Below are positions 19,892-29,758 of a stretch of DNA of 64,000 bases, piece by piece (the stretch's first letter is position 1; each line of letters starts with the position of its first letter). Location: positions 11,784-75,783 of the forward strand of contig JALUTT010000181.1 of NCBI GenBank assembly GCA_027021705.1. Direction: 5' to 3'. Position numbers and translations under genes: made by a program. The DNA is from Anaerolineae bacterium (GTDB lineage Bacteria > Chloroflexota > Anaerolineae > S140-20). The notes beneath the pieces were generated by a model. That model did not search any database, was not told the origin of the DNA, and saw nothing but the letters and a program-made list of their open reading frames with translations.

Positions 19892-20851
19892 ATGGCCGAA
19901 GGGGTCGCCGTCGTCATCGTCAACTGGAACGGTCTGCAGCACCTGCGTATCTGCATCCCGGCGGTGCTGGCCCAGGATTACCCCGACTTCCAGGTGGTCG
20001 TGGTGGACAACGGCTCGACCGATGGCTCCGGGGAGTGGCTGCGGGCGGAGTTCCCAGGGGTGCGTCTGATCGCCAACGACGCCAACCACGGCTTCGCCAA
20101 AGCAACCAATCAGGGGATCCGCGCCACCAAAAGCGCTTACGTGGCCACCCTGAACAACGACGCCCGGCCAGAGCCCTACTGGCTGAGCGCGATGGTGGAA
20201 GCGATGGAGCGTGAGGACCGGGTCGGGATGGTGGCCGCCCAGATCCGACTCGCCCACCATCCCGACCGGCTGGACTCGGCAGGGATCGAGGTGGATCGGC
20301 TGGGGATCGCCTGGAACCGCCGCTTCGGACAACCCGTCGAGGAGGAACCCCCGGGGGTTCAGGAGGTCTTCGGTCCCTGCGGGGCCGCTGCCCTCTACCG
20401 GCGGGCGATGCTGGACGAGGTCGGCCTCTTCGACGAGCGCTTCTTCGCCTACTACGAAGACGTCGAACTGGCCTGGCGGGCCCGGCGGGCCGGATGGCGC
20501 TGCCTCTACACCCCCCAGGGGCGGGTCTACCACGTCCACTCGGCCACCGGCGGGCGGATGCCGGCCTTCAAAGCCTACCACCTGGGTCGGAACAAGTGGT
20601 GGACCCTCTTCAAGCACTATCCCTTTCGTGCGTTGTGGCGGTGGGTCCCCCTGATGGTCATCGGCGACACCATCGCCTGGCTGTGGCCGCTGCTCCGGCG
20701 GGGGGAGACCGCCGGACTCCGGGGGCGGTGGGCGGCCTTCCGGCAGCGAAAACCCTTCCTGGCCGAGCGGGAAGCCCCCTTCTACCGGGTCTCCCCCACC
20801 CTCCAGCCCCCTCGGTTCCGGCGGTTCCTCCTCGCCCTCTTCAGGGGATAG
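19892..20851 (+). CDS. Glycosyltransferase family 2 (rhamnosyltransferase-like)
   Basis: VIVNWNG, VDNGSTDGS, LNNDA, GLFDERFFAYYEDVE. Confidence 0.9.
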   Translation: MAEGVAVVIVNWNGLQHLRICIPAVLAQDYPDFQVVVVDNGSTDGSGEWLRAEFPGVRLIANDANHGFAKATNQGIRATKSAYVATLNNDARPEPYWLSAMVEAMEREDRVGMVAAQIRLAHHPDRLDSAGIEVDRLGIAWNRRFGQPVEEEPPGVQEVFGPCGAAALYRRAMLDEVGLFDERFFAYYEDVELAWRARRAGWRCLYTPQGRVYHVHSATGGRMPAFKAYHLGRNKWWTLFKHYPFRALWRWVPLMVIGDTIAWLWPLLRRGETAGLRGRWAAFRQRKPFLAEREAPFYRVSPTLQPPRFRRFLLALFRG

Positions 20852-20863
20852 CCCGATAGCCCG

Positions 20864-23800
20864 CTACTTGCGCCGCCGAGGGAAGCGGGAGAGGATGGTT
20901 GCCGGGCCGGGCAGCACGATCCGGTCCCCCCACTCCAGCGCCTCCAGCGGCTTCTCCTTGGGCTTGCGGCGCGGCATCGTCAGAATCCCCACCGGCGTCC
21001 CCTCCTCGGCGTACTTCAGGTCCACGTAAGCCTGCCCCAACAGGTAGCCCTCGCTGTCAATGGCGCAGCTGGTCACGCGCCCCACCACCTTCCCCTTGCG
21101 GTCCACCACGGCGGTCATCGGATGGGGCATCGGCACCCCCTTGTCGTTCATGCGGAAGCGGGTGACCACCGCCTTGCGCTCTCGCTCGTGGGCGAGGAAG
21201 GCATCGCGGCCCACGAAGAAGGGCTTGTAGACCTTGACGTAGCTGGCGAACCCGGCATCGCCCGGCCCCAGGTCTAGCGGACCGGCCAGTTCGTGGCCGT
21301 AGAGGGGCAGCCCCGCCTCCGTCCGCAGGCTGTCCCGCGCCCCCAGCCCGATGGGCTTCAGTCCGAAGGGCTCCCCCACCTCCAGGAGCAGCCTCCAGAA
21401 GTCGGGCGTCCGGTCGGGGTCCAGGAAGAGCTCGAAGGCGACCCGCTCGCCGGTGTAGCCGGTCCGGGTGACGATGACGTCGAAGCCGCTCAGCGTCACC
21501 TGGGTCACGCCGGCCCAGGGCAGCGCGGCGATCTTGGCCCGGTCCTCCTCGCTCGCCTCCAAGGCCAGGAGGATTTCCCGGGAGCGCGGCCCCTGCAGGG
21601 CCAGGTCCACCCGCCGGGCAGCGCCCAGAGCCGGGTCCCGCAGGTCGCGCAGCGTCACCTCGCCTTGGAAGCGGGCCCAGGGCCGCTCCCGGCTGATGCG
21701 GTAGGCCCCCCGTAGCACACCGTTGAGCCAGGCCCAGTCCTTGTCGTTGTTGGCCGCATTGACCACGAGCATGAAGCGGTCTCCGGCCAGCCGGTAGACG
21801 AAGATGTCGTCCAGGACGTGGCCGGTGGGGTCCAGCAGGTAGCTGTAGTGGGCCTGGCCCACGGGCAGGGCGGCCACGTCGTTGGCCGTCACCAGGTCCA
21901 GGAAGGACTCGGCGTCGGGGCCGGCGACCTCGAAGACGCCCATGTGGGAGACGTCGAAGAGGCCGGCTGCTTGGCGCACCGCCCGGTGCTCCTCCAGGAC
22001 ACCGCTGTACCAGACCGGCATCTCCCATCCGGCGAAGGGGACCATCTTCGCCTTCATCGCCCGGTGGGTCTCGAAGAGGGCCGTCCGCTGCATCTCCCCC
22101 TCCTCCGTCTCCTCCCAGGTGAAGGCGGGGAGGGCCGGCCAACGGCCGGCCGAGGGGATCCCTTTCATAGCGCCGGCGTAGCCGATGAAGGTGGGCTTGG
22201 TGAAGTCGGCACCGGCGACGGCGGCCTCCGGCGGGGCGTCGTCCTCACCCGAGGGAAGGACCTCGGCCCCCACGAGGGGTCGGGGGAGTTGGGCCTGTAG
22301 GCGGTCCACCACCTCCTGGGGCAGTTCCTCGATGACGACAGGACCGGGGGCCTTGGCCGGCAGGTCCTCGGCGTCCACTTCGACGTAGCCGTCGGAGAGG
22401 GCCCGCAGCCAGGTGGCGACCCGCCCGAAGGCCTCCCGGGGCAGGAGCAGGTGGTAGCGATCCCGCTCCGGGCCGGGCCGGACGAGGAAGGCCGGGGCCA
22501 TCACCTGCCCCGTCTTCTCCAGCAGCCAGGTGACCCGGCCCTGTCCCGGCTCCAGCCGCCCCACCCGACCGGTCGTCGCCAGGTCCAGCAGGGCGGTGGC
22601 CCGCCCGCCGATGACCGCCAGGCCGGCGTAGTCTCCCCCCGTCGCCGGGGCATCCTGGAGGCTGTAGAAGTGGGGGTAGCCTCGAGGCGGCCCGGAAGGC
22701 TCTTGACAGGCCCAGGGGAGCAGGGCGGCCACCCGGGCCTTGGCCGCCTCCAGAGCGTCGAAATCCACTTTGGCCCGGAGGAGGAAGCCCTTGCGCCCGG
22801 CGTAGCGGTAGGGCGTCGTCGCGCGGAGCACCTGGGCGATGATGGCGGCCAACTCCCGCATCTCCGGCTCCTTCATCCCCCGCTGGGTGACCCAAGGGGT
22901 GCCCAGCCGGATGCCGCTGGCCTTCAAGGCCGAGGCGTCGCCGGGGATGGTGTTCCGGTTGCAGACGAGGCCGGCCAGGTCCAGGATGCGGGCCGCCAGG
23001 TCGCCGCTGAGGGGCGTGCCATCGGGCCCCCGCACGCTCTTGCAGTCCACCAGGAGCATGTGGGACTCGGTGCCCCCGTAGGGGATGCGCAGCCCCTCCT
23101 CGGCCAGGCCGGCGGCCAGCGCCTTGGCGTTGGCGACGATCTGGTGCTGGAGGGTCCGAAACTCCGGGCTCTGGGCGATCTTAAAGGCGACGGCCATCGC
23201 GGCGAACTTGTTGACGTGGGGACCACCCTGGAGGCCGGGGAAGACGGCCCGGTCCAGCTTGCGGGCCAAGCGGCGGTCGGTCGTCAGGATGACGGCGGCG
23301 CGGGGACCGCACAACGTCTTGTGGGTCGTGAAGGTGATGACGTGGGCGTGGCCCAGAGGGGTGGGGAAGGCCCCGGCGACGACGAGGCCGGCGACGTGGG
23401 CGATGTCGGCCAGCAGGTAGGCGCCGACCGCATCGGCGATCTGGCGGAAGCGGGCCCAGTCGGGCGGGTAAGGATAGGAGGTGTAGCCGGCGATGATCAT
23501 CTTGGGCCGGTGCTCTCGGGCCAGGGCCTCGATGACCTCGTAGTCCAACCGCTCCGTCTTCGGGTCCACGCCGTAGTGGACGATGTGAAAGTGGCGTCCT
23601 GTGGCGCTGACGGGCGCTCCGTGGCTCAGGTGGCCGCCGTGGATGAGGGACATGCTCAGCACCGTATCCCCCGGCTCCAGCAGCGCCTCGTAGACGGCCA
23701 GGTTGGCCGGTGCGCCGGAGAGGGGCTGGACGTTCACGTAGAGGTCCTCGGGAGCGAAGCCGGGGGCGGTGGCGGCGAAGAGCTCAGCCGCCCGGCGGCG

Positions 23801-24130
23801 GGCCAGCGCCTCCACCAGGTCGGCGTACTCCACCCCCTTGTAGTAGCGGGGGTCGGAGTAGCGGCGGTACTCGGCCAGCCGCCAGCGGTAATCCAGGATT
23901 TCGGCCTCGCTCATCCAGCGGGTCTCCTCAGGAGGGTATCCTTCGGCGTAGATGTTCTCGAAGACCGAGCCTAGGGCCTGTTGAACGGCCAAAGGGGCAC
24001 ACGATTCCGAGGGAATGAGGATCAACTTGCGAGTCTGGCGCTCCGTCTCCAGGTCCAGCAGCTCTGCCACTGCCGGGTCCACCTCGGCCAGGCTCTGTCG
24101 GGAGAAAGACTGGACATTCGGCGTAGCCAT
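20864..24130 (-). CDS. Fused serine hydroxymethyltransferase (GlyA) / glycine-cleavage T protein (GcvT)
   Basis: SHMT motifs YAEGYP, NVQPLSG, GGHLSHG, TTHKTLCGPR; GcvT motifs PFAGWEMPV, FDVSHMG, RTGYTGE, GLGARDSLRTEAG. Start placed at ATG 24130 (AAGGAG RBS). Confidence 0.93.
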   Translation of the reverse strand: MATPNVQSFSRQSLAEVDPAVAELLDLETERQTRKLILIPSESCAPLAVQQALGSVFENIYAEGYPPEETRWMSEAEILDYRWRLAEYRRYSDPRYYKGVEYADLVEALARRRAAELFAATAPGFAPEDLYVNVQPLSGAPANLAVYEALLEPGDTVLSMSLIHGGHLSHGAPVSATGRHFHIVHYGVDPKTERLDYEVIEALAREHRPKMIIAGYTSYPYPPDWARFRQIADAVGAYLLADIAHVAGLVVAGAFPTPLGHAHVITFTTHKTLCGPRAAVILTTDRRLARKLDRAVFPGLQGGPHVNKFAAMAVAFKIAQSPEFRTLQHQIVANAKALAAGLAEEGLRIPYGGTESHMLLVDCKSVRGPDGTPLSGDLAARILDLAGLVCNRNTIPGDASALKASGIRLGTPWVTQRGMKEPEMRELAAIIAQVLRATTPYRYAGRKGFLLRAKVDFDALEAAKARVAALLPWACQEPSGPPRGYPHFYSLQDAPATGGDYAGLAVIGGRATALLDLATTGRVGRLEPGQGRVTWLLEKTGQVMAPAFLVRPGPERDRYHLLLPREAFGRVATWLRALSDGYVEVDAEDLPAKAPGPVVIEELPQEVVDRLQAQLPRPLVGAEVLPSGEDDAPPEAAVAGADFTKPTFIGYAGAMKGIPSAGRWPALPAFTWEETEEGEMQRTALFETHRAMKAKMVPFAGWEMPVWYSGVLEEHRAVRQAAGLFDVSHMGVFEVAGPDAESFLDLVTANDVAALPVGQAHYSYLLDPTGHVLDDIFVYRLAGDRFMLVVNAANNDKDWAWLNGVLRGAYRISRERPWARFQGEVTLRDLRDPALGAARRVDLALQGPRSREILLALEASEEDRAKIAALPWAGVTQVTLSGFDVIVTRTGYTGERVAFELFLDPDRTPDFWRLLLEVGEPFGLKPIGLGARDSLRTEAGLPLYGHELAGPLDLGPGDAGFASYVKVYKPFFVGRDAFLAHERERKAVVTRFRMNDKGVPMPHPMTAVVDRKGKVVGRVTSCAIDSEGYLLGQAYVDLKYAEEGTPVGILTMPRRKPKEKPLEALEWGDRIVLPGPATILSRFPRRRK

Positions 24131-24224
24131 CGGTTCAACTCCTTGTGACCTATGGTCTTGTGACCCGTGGTGTAGGAGGAGATCGTCAACAACGCTGTTG
24201 ACCGCGTTCACTGACGTGAGGCAC

Positions 24225-24278
24225 TTGTCAGACAACTAGGGCTACGCCATTGTAGCACGGTTGGTGGGGGCCTGTCAA
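24225..24278 (-). promoter_or_regulatory. Promoter and GntR-type palindrome upstream of glyA-gcvT
   Basis: TTGACA-18 bp-TACAAT with TG extension on the minus strand; TTGTCAGACAA palindrome at 24225-24235. Confidence 0.55.
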
Positions 24279-24294
24279 GGAGGAACGTCCAGCC

Positions 24295-24660
24295 GACATA
24301 GCGGCAGCGGCAGAGGAGGCACCGAGGGCCGAGGCACTGAGGATCGAGGGGCAAGGGGCAGGGGGCAGGGAGCAAGGACCAAGTGACCACGTGGCCGACC
24401 GCCGACGGCCGACCGCCGACCGCCGATCAAGCGGCAAGCGGCAAGCAGCAAGGGGCAGGGGGCAAGGGGCAGGGGGCAAGGGGCAAGGACCAAGTGACCA
24501 AGCGACCACTCGACCACTCGACCAAGCGACCTAGCGGCGGACCGAGGACTGAGGACTGCGGACTGAGGACTGCGGACCATCCGACCACTCGACCAAGCGG
24601 CCTAGCGGCGGACCGAGGACTGAGGACTGCGGACTGCGGACTGAGGACTGCGGACCACTC
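24295..24660. repeat. Mosaic of short-period repeats (CAAGGGG, GACCAAGT, GAGGACT/GCGGACT)
   Basis: Direct inspection. Confidence 0.8.
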
Positions 24661-24666
24661 GCCCCC

Positions 24667-26001
24667 TCACGAGACCTCGACCCGCCGGTAGTCAATCTGC
24701 GTGTAGCCGCTCCCCCAGGGGTCGCCCCGTTCGTAGGTGCCCAACCCCGCCTGAGCCGCCAGCTTGAGATAGTCATCCCGGTGGCCCGCTTGAGGATGGT
24801 AGACCGGCTCCGCATCCAGGATGTCCAGCATCACGCAATCCACCGCCACCTGGTCGGAGGAGAGGAAGAGACTGTTGGGGGCCTGGTCGCCGAAGGTGCT
24901 CCAGCGGCGAGGCTCGGTGTTGGTGTTGCCCAGAGCCCCAAAGAGCCCATCCCCCAAGACCAGCACCGTCTTGTCCCGGATGTGGGGATTCAGGCAGATG
25001 TCCACCAGGGGGCTGTAGCTGGTGCTGTAGAGGGAGTTGGTGGGGTTGATGTAGTAGTGCAGGTTGTCGTTCCCCGCCCCCTGGACATACTCGATGGTGC
25101 CAAAATGGTTCTTCAGCCCCAACGTCACGCCGCTGATGCCGTGGTCCTTCATAATGGGCACGTTGATCAGGTAGTCGGCGTTGATCACCACGTCCGTCAA
25201 CCGCCGGTTCTTAAGGTCGGAGGCCTGGAAGGTGACTTCGGCATTGGGGTCGTTGCTGGTGAAGGTGGCATCCTCCCGGCATCCCTTGCTGATGTCGTCG
25301 AAGAAGCGCACGCCGCTGTAGAGGCAGCCGTTCACGAAGCGGTTGGGGAGCGCCCGGGAGGCGTCGAAGATCCAGATGTCGCTCTCGGCCACGCCGAAGC
25401 TCTTGAGCGTGGCGATCAGGGCGTTGACCGGCTCGATCAGCCCATCTATCACGTTATCGCTGTCCGTGCAGGTCGAGTTGTTGAAGTTGACCTTGATGGC
25501 GATGACCTGCCCTGACCGGTAGTTGGGGAGCAGTTGTTGCCAAGCGGCCTGCACCGAGTTGGTCCCCGTCAGCGCCTTCAGCCCCTCCTCGACCATCGTG
25601 TTGACCACCGATTGGTTGACATAATCACCGTACCAGCCCGTGCTGAAGTCCCACGAGGTGGCGTTGGCGGCGTGGACGTGGACGACGCGAGAGGAGCCGG
25701 GTTGAGGCGTGCTTCCGGGCGTCGGTGTGGCCGTGGCGGTGGGCGTTGCCGTAGGCGTTGAGGTCGGTGTAGCCGTAGCGGTGGGCGTTGCCGTAGGCGT
25801 CGGAGGCACAGACCTACTCACGTAGGGGAGGTAGGACCGAGGCGTCAGGTCGAGGGTCTGCGCCCGGGGGGCCTCACCGGCCAGCCAGGAGAGCAACGCT
25901 CGGCCCGTCAGCAGCCCTCCTCCCAGGGTAACCAGTCCCTTCAACAGGTCTCTACGGCTGATCCGTCGCACATTCCCAGAGTCCTTCCCGTCTGCAGCCA
26001 T
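24667..26001 (-). CDS. Tat-exported DUF362-domain protein with Pro/Thr linker
   Basis: SRRDLLK signal; YLPYV motif; TPTA linker; IAIKVNFN, INVPIMKDH, TLGLKNHFG, DQVAVD. Confidence 0.8.
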   Translation of the reverse strand: MAADGKDSGNVRRISRRDLLKGLVTLGGGLLTGRALLSWLAGEAPRAQTLDLTPRSYLPYVSRSVPPTPTATPTATATPTSTPTATPTATATPTPGSTPQPGSSRVVHVHAANATSWDFSTGWYGDYVNQSVVNTMVEEGLKALTGTNSVQAAWQQLLPNYRSGQVIAIKVNFNNSTCTDSDNVIDGLIEPVNALIATLKSFGVAESDIWIFDASRALPNRFVNGCLYSGVRFFDDISKGCREDATFTSNDPNAEVTFQASDLKNRRLTDVVINADYLINVPIMKDHGISGVTLGLKNHFGTIEYVQGAGNDNLHYYINPTNSLYSTSYSPLVDICLNPHIRDKTVLVLGDGLFGALGNTNTEPRRWSTFGDQAPNSLFLSSDQVAVDCVMLDILDAEPVYHPQAGHRDDYLKLAAQAGLGTYERGDPWGSGYTQIDYRRVEVS

Positions 26002-26035
26002 TGTACTCTCCCTCCCACTAGGTCCTCTCTCAGGC

Positions 26036-26074
26036 TCCCCCCGCAGGTTCCTCCTAGCGTGACCTGCGGGAGGG
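26036..26074. repeat. Internally deleted copy of the 95-bp palindromic element
   Basis: CCCGCAGGTTCCTCCTAGCGTGACCTGCGGGAGGG. Confidence 0.7.
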
Positions 26075-26284
26075 TGACATTAGCTTAGCACAAAATCCGC
26101 AAGCTGCCCATAGTTCTGCGGTCCTCCGGCTCATTTCTTACAAACTTTTAACGCCTTTGCTACTCCCCTTTAACCTTTCGTCCCTATACTGGGGCCAGGC
26201 GCGGGAACAATAAAGGCGACTTGTGGGTCGCCCTATGGTTAGGTCCGGGTAGGGTGCGACGTCAGAACAGGTGAGGGAAGCGCG

Positions 26285-27235
26285 GTGATCTCCTGCACAG
26301 TGGCCATCATGGCTTACAACGAAGAGGCGAATATCGGTCGGCTGCTGGAGGCCCTTCTCCAGCAGCGGCTGAAGCGCGTCCAGATCGTCGAGATCGTGGT
26401 GGTGACCAGCGGCTGCACCGATGGGACCGATCAGATCGTGGCTTCGTACGCCCGCCGCTACCCCCAGGTCCGCCACCTGCGCCAGCCCCGGCGCGAGGGC
26501 AAAGCCTCCGCCATCAACCTGGCGCTGCGCACCATCCGTCAGGAGGTCATCGTCCTGCACAGCGCGGACACCATCCCGGCTCCTGATGCCATCGAGCACC
26601 TGGTCCGCCCCTTCGAGGACCCCGAGGTGGGGATGACGGGCAGCCGTCCGGTGCCCACCAACGACCCCCGCCGCTTTATGGGCTACGCGGCCCACCTGGA
26701 GTGGCAGCTCCACCATCAGATTTCGTTGCACCGCCCTAAGATGGGCGAGGTGATCGCCTTCCGCAACATCTTCCGCCAGATCCCCTACGATTCGGCGGTG
26801 GACGAGGCGAGCATTGAACCCCTCATCCGGGGGCAGGGGCTGCGACTGGTCTACGTGCCCGAGGCGATCATCTACAACCGGGGGCCGGAGACGTTGTCCG
26901 ACTTCCTCAAACAGCGACGGCGCATCTACGCCGGCCACCTCTACGTCCGGGATATGCTGGGTTACCGGGTTTCGACGATGAGCGGCCGGCGCATCCTCCC
27001 CCTCTTCCTGAAGGAAATCCTCTTCCCCTCTCCAACGCCGCCAGTGCCGGGCCAACCGGCTCGTCGGGTGGGTCGGCTGCGCCACCTGGTGTGGGGGCCG
27101 CTGGTGGCGGCCCTGGAGCTCTACGGTCGCCTGCTGGGACGTTGGGACTACACCATCTGGCGGCGCAAGCCTTTCGTCTGGCCGGTCGCCGAGACGACCA
27201 AAGAGGTGGTCGAGGTCGGGCAGGTCGGCCTGTAG
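26285..27235 (+). CDS. Glycosyltransferase family 2
   Basis: MAYNEEANI, GCTDGT, GKASAIN, KQRRRI (QxxRW-like). Confidence 0.88.
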   Translation: MISCTVAIMAYNEEANIGRLLEALLQQRLKRVQIVEIVVVTSGCTDGTDQIVASYARRYPQVRHLRQPRREGKASAINLALRTIRQEVIVLHSADTIPAPDAIEHLVRPFEDPEVGMTGSRPVPTNDPRRFMGYAAHLEWQLHHQISLHRPKMGEVIAFRNIFRQIPYDSAVDEASIEPLIRGQGLRLVYVPEAIIYNRGPETLSDFLKQRRRIYAGHLYVRDMLGYRVSTMSGRRILPLFLKEILFPSPTPPVPGQPARRVGRLRHLVWGPLVAALELYGRLLGRWDYTIWRRKPFVWPVAETTKEVVEVGQVGL

Positions 27236-27260
27236 GAGCCTCTCCCCTCCCGAGGCGACG

Positions 27261-28337
27261 ATGTTCCACGTATTATGGCGCATCCCCCTCTACCGGCTCA
27301 GCCGGCGGCTGGGCTGGCCGAGGATGCTCCCCATCAACCTCACCCTCTCCCCCTCCCCCCGCTGCAACTCCCGCTGCTTGACCTGCAACATCTGGATGAA
27401 GCGGGAAGAGGAACTGACGATGGAGGAGTGGGAGAAGGTGCTGCAGAGCCTGGGTCGGGCTCCCTACTGGGTGACTATCAGCGGTGGAGAGCCCTTTCTC
27501 TTCCCCAACCTGGTGCCCCTGGCTCAGGCCGTCTGCCACTACTGCCGACCGGCCATCCTCAACATCCCCACCAACAGCTTGCTCTACCAGCGCATCCCCC
27601 CAATGGTCCAGGCCATCGCCGAGAGCTGCCCCGACGTCCAACTCATCATCAACCTCTCCCTGGACGGGGTGGGGGTGGCCCACGACCGCATCCGGGGTGT
27701 GCCGGGCAACTTCGAGAAGTTCGAGCGCAACTACGCCGCCCTGCGCGAGCTCTCCCAGAGCCTTCCCAACCTGACCCTCGGCATTCACTCGGTCATCTCC
27801 ACGTTCAATGTGGACCGGGTGTCCGTCCTCTACGATTACGCCTTCGGCCTGGCCCCCGACTCCTACATCACCGAGATCGCCGAGGAGCGGGTGGAGCTGG
27901 ACACGGTGGGCAGCGGCATCACCCCTTCCCTAGAGGCCTACAGCCGGGCCATTGACGAGCTGGTGCAGCGACTGGAGCGGCAGTCCTTCCGGGGGATCGC
28001 CCGCATCACCCAGGCGTTCCGGCTGGAGTACTACCGGCTGGTGAAGCGGTTCCTGGCCGAGGAGACCCAGGTGATCCCCTGCTACGCCGGCTGGGCCTCG
28101 GCCCAGATCTACGCCGACGGCACCGTCTGGCCCTGCTGCGTGCGGGCCGACGGGATGGGGAACCTGCGCGAGGTGGGCTACGACTTCAAGAAGGTCTGGT
28201 TCTCCCCCCAGGCCGACCGCATCCGGCGCAGCATCCGCAACAAAGAATGCGCCTGCCCCCTGGCCAACGCCGCCTACACCAACATGCTGATGCACCCGCC
28301 GACGGTGGCCCGGGTCCTCCGGCGCATCGTGGGGTGA
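27261..28337 (+). CDS. Radical SAM protein with SPASM/twitch domain
   Basis: CNSRCLTC (CxxxCxxC), SGGEP, SLDG; CYAG...GTVWPCC...C-terminal cysteines. Confidence 0.9.
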   Translation: MFHVLWRIPLYRLSRRLGWPRMLPINLTLSPSPRCNSRCLTCNIWMKREEELTMEEWEKVLQSLGRAPYWVTISGGEPFLFPNLVPLAQAVCHYCRPAILNIPTNSLLYQRIPPMVQAIAESCPDVQLIINLSLDGVGVAHDRIRGVPGNFEKFERNYAALRELSQSLPNLTLGIHSVISTFNVDRVSVLYDYAFGLAPDSYITEIAEERVELDTVGSGITPSLEAYSRAIDELVQRLERQSFRGIARITQAFRLEYYRLVKRFLAEETQVIPCYAGWASAQIYADGTVWPCCVRADGMGNLREVGYDFKKVWFSPQADRIRRSIRNKECACPLANAAYTNMLMHPPTVARVLRRIVG

Positions 28338-28432
28338 GGGGCAAGGGGCAAGGGGCAGGGGGCAAGGGGCAAGGGGCAAGGGGCAGGGGGCAAGGGGCAA
28401 GAGGCAAGGGGCAGGGGGCAAGGGGCAAGGAC
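28338..28432. repeat. 7-bp tandem repeat (GGGGCAA/GGGGCAG) between convergent genes
   Basis: About 13 units visible. Confidence 0.85.
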
Positions 28433-28438
28433 TGAGGG

Positions 28439-29746
28439 CTAAGGACCGAGGACTTCCAGCACGGCGTCAACGGCGATCTGGGCACTCTCCCGGGCCAGCC
28501 GGGCCGGGAAGCGGTAGAAGAAGGGAACCGTATCCACCTCGTAGCCCCCCTCGTCGTGGGCCTCGGCCGTGGGCAGGTAGCCGATGCAGCCGTCACTGAC
28601 GCTGGCGAAGAGGGTGACGGGGGCCGGCGAGCGGGCCTTGATCGCCATCCCGATCTCGGTGAAGACCTCCGCGCCAAAGGTGACCAGGGCCAGGTCGCCC
28701 GCCCGGGCAACGTTGACCCGCATCGGCACCTGCCAGACCCCCTCCCGCGCCTCGACCCGCGACCGCCAGGGGTAGCGCTGGTTCAGCAGGAAGTCCACCG
28801 CCGGGCGCAGGAAGAAGGGCAGGCCGGCCACCTTCGCCAGGGCCTTGCGGTAGGTGCGGGGCGGTCGGGGCGTCGTCGCCGGCGCCTCCAGCGGCAGCCA
28901 GACCTCCCCCTGGTGCAGCCGGAGGGGCACCCCCGTCAGCGGCGTGAGCCCCCGGTGGACGGTCTCCAGTACCCCCTGGGCCACCCGCTCCCCCAGCGCC
29001 CGGACCGCCTCCCAAGGGTCGCCCTGGCCCCACTGGTGGTCCGGGTTGAGGTTCGCCGTCGCCCCTTGGAGGAAGAGCACCCGTCCTCCCAGCGCCTCCT
29101 CGACCCGCGCCCGCATCGCTCCGATCCAGTCGGCGGAGACGAGGCGGTTGTCCGGCCCCAGGACGGTGCCGTGGCAGGCGAAGTTGACCAAGGTGGCGAG
29201 GGGGGCGCCGTCGGCTCGGCGCACCTGGACCACCCCTACCGACCGGTCCACAGGGCCGTCGGGGTTGACGCCGATGACGACGCTCCCGTCGGGCCGGCGC
29301 TCGCGGCGGTTGACGGCGATGTCGGCCTCGCCCTGGCCCCAGGCCAGCGTCACCGGCGTCAGGGCGGCCTCGGCCCGGCGCACCGCCCGGACGATCCGCT
29401 CGACCAGCGTCTCGATGTAGGCCCGGCGGGCGGGGCGGGAACGGCGGTCGGCGTAGGCAATGGGGCCGGCGTGGGTATGGGAGCAGGCGACGATCGCCGG
29501 CGTCCCCTCCCCCAGCCGCCGCCGCACCCGGTCCACGACGAACTCGTTGAGGCAGAGGAGGTCGCAGGCGACCAGGGCCAGCCGGCTCTGACCGTCGTCC
29601 AGCACCAGCGCCGTGGCCGTCAGGTCGTCGTGGACGCCCTGGTTGCCCTTGGTCCGGTCGCCGTAGCCGATGAGGTAGAGGCCCCGGGGGGGCGAGATCA
29701 CCTCCCGGGCCACGCCGGCCCGCAGTTGCCGCTCCGTCTGTGCCAT
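28439..29746 (-). CDS. Neutral/alkaline ceramidase-like amidohydrolase
   Basis: GVHDDLTATAL, SHTHAGP, NFACHGT, VSADW, GYLPT...GGYE. Confidence 0.8.
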   Translation of the reverse strand: MAQTERQLRAGVAREVISPPRGLYLIGYGDRTKGNQGVHDDLTATALVLDDGQSRLALVACDLLCLNEFVVDRVRRRLGEGTPAIVACSHTHAGPIAYADRRSRPARRAYIETLVERIVRAVRRAEAALTPVTLAWGQGEADIAVNRRERRPDGSVVIGVNPDGPVDRSVGVVQVRRADGAPLATLVNFACHGTVLGPDNRLVSADWIGAMRARVEEALGGRVLFLQGATANLNPDHQWGQGDPWEAVRALGERVAQGVLETVHRGLTPLTGVPLRLHQGEVWLPLEAPATTPRPPRTYRKALAKVAGLPFFLRPAVDFLLNQRYPWRSRVEAREGVWQVPMRVNVARAGDLALVTFGAEVFTEIGMAIKARSPAPVTLFASVSDGCIGYLPTAEAHDEGGYEVDTVPFFYRFPARLARESAQIAVDAVLEVLGP

Positions 29747-29758
29747 ACCCCGCTCCTC

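Noticed and set aside
24131..24240. Glycine or ZTP riboswitch before glyA-gcvT
   Set aside because: Only a short hairpin (GTCAAC...GTTGAC) is visible; I could not find the conserved aptamer motifs.
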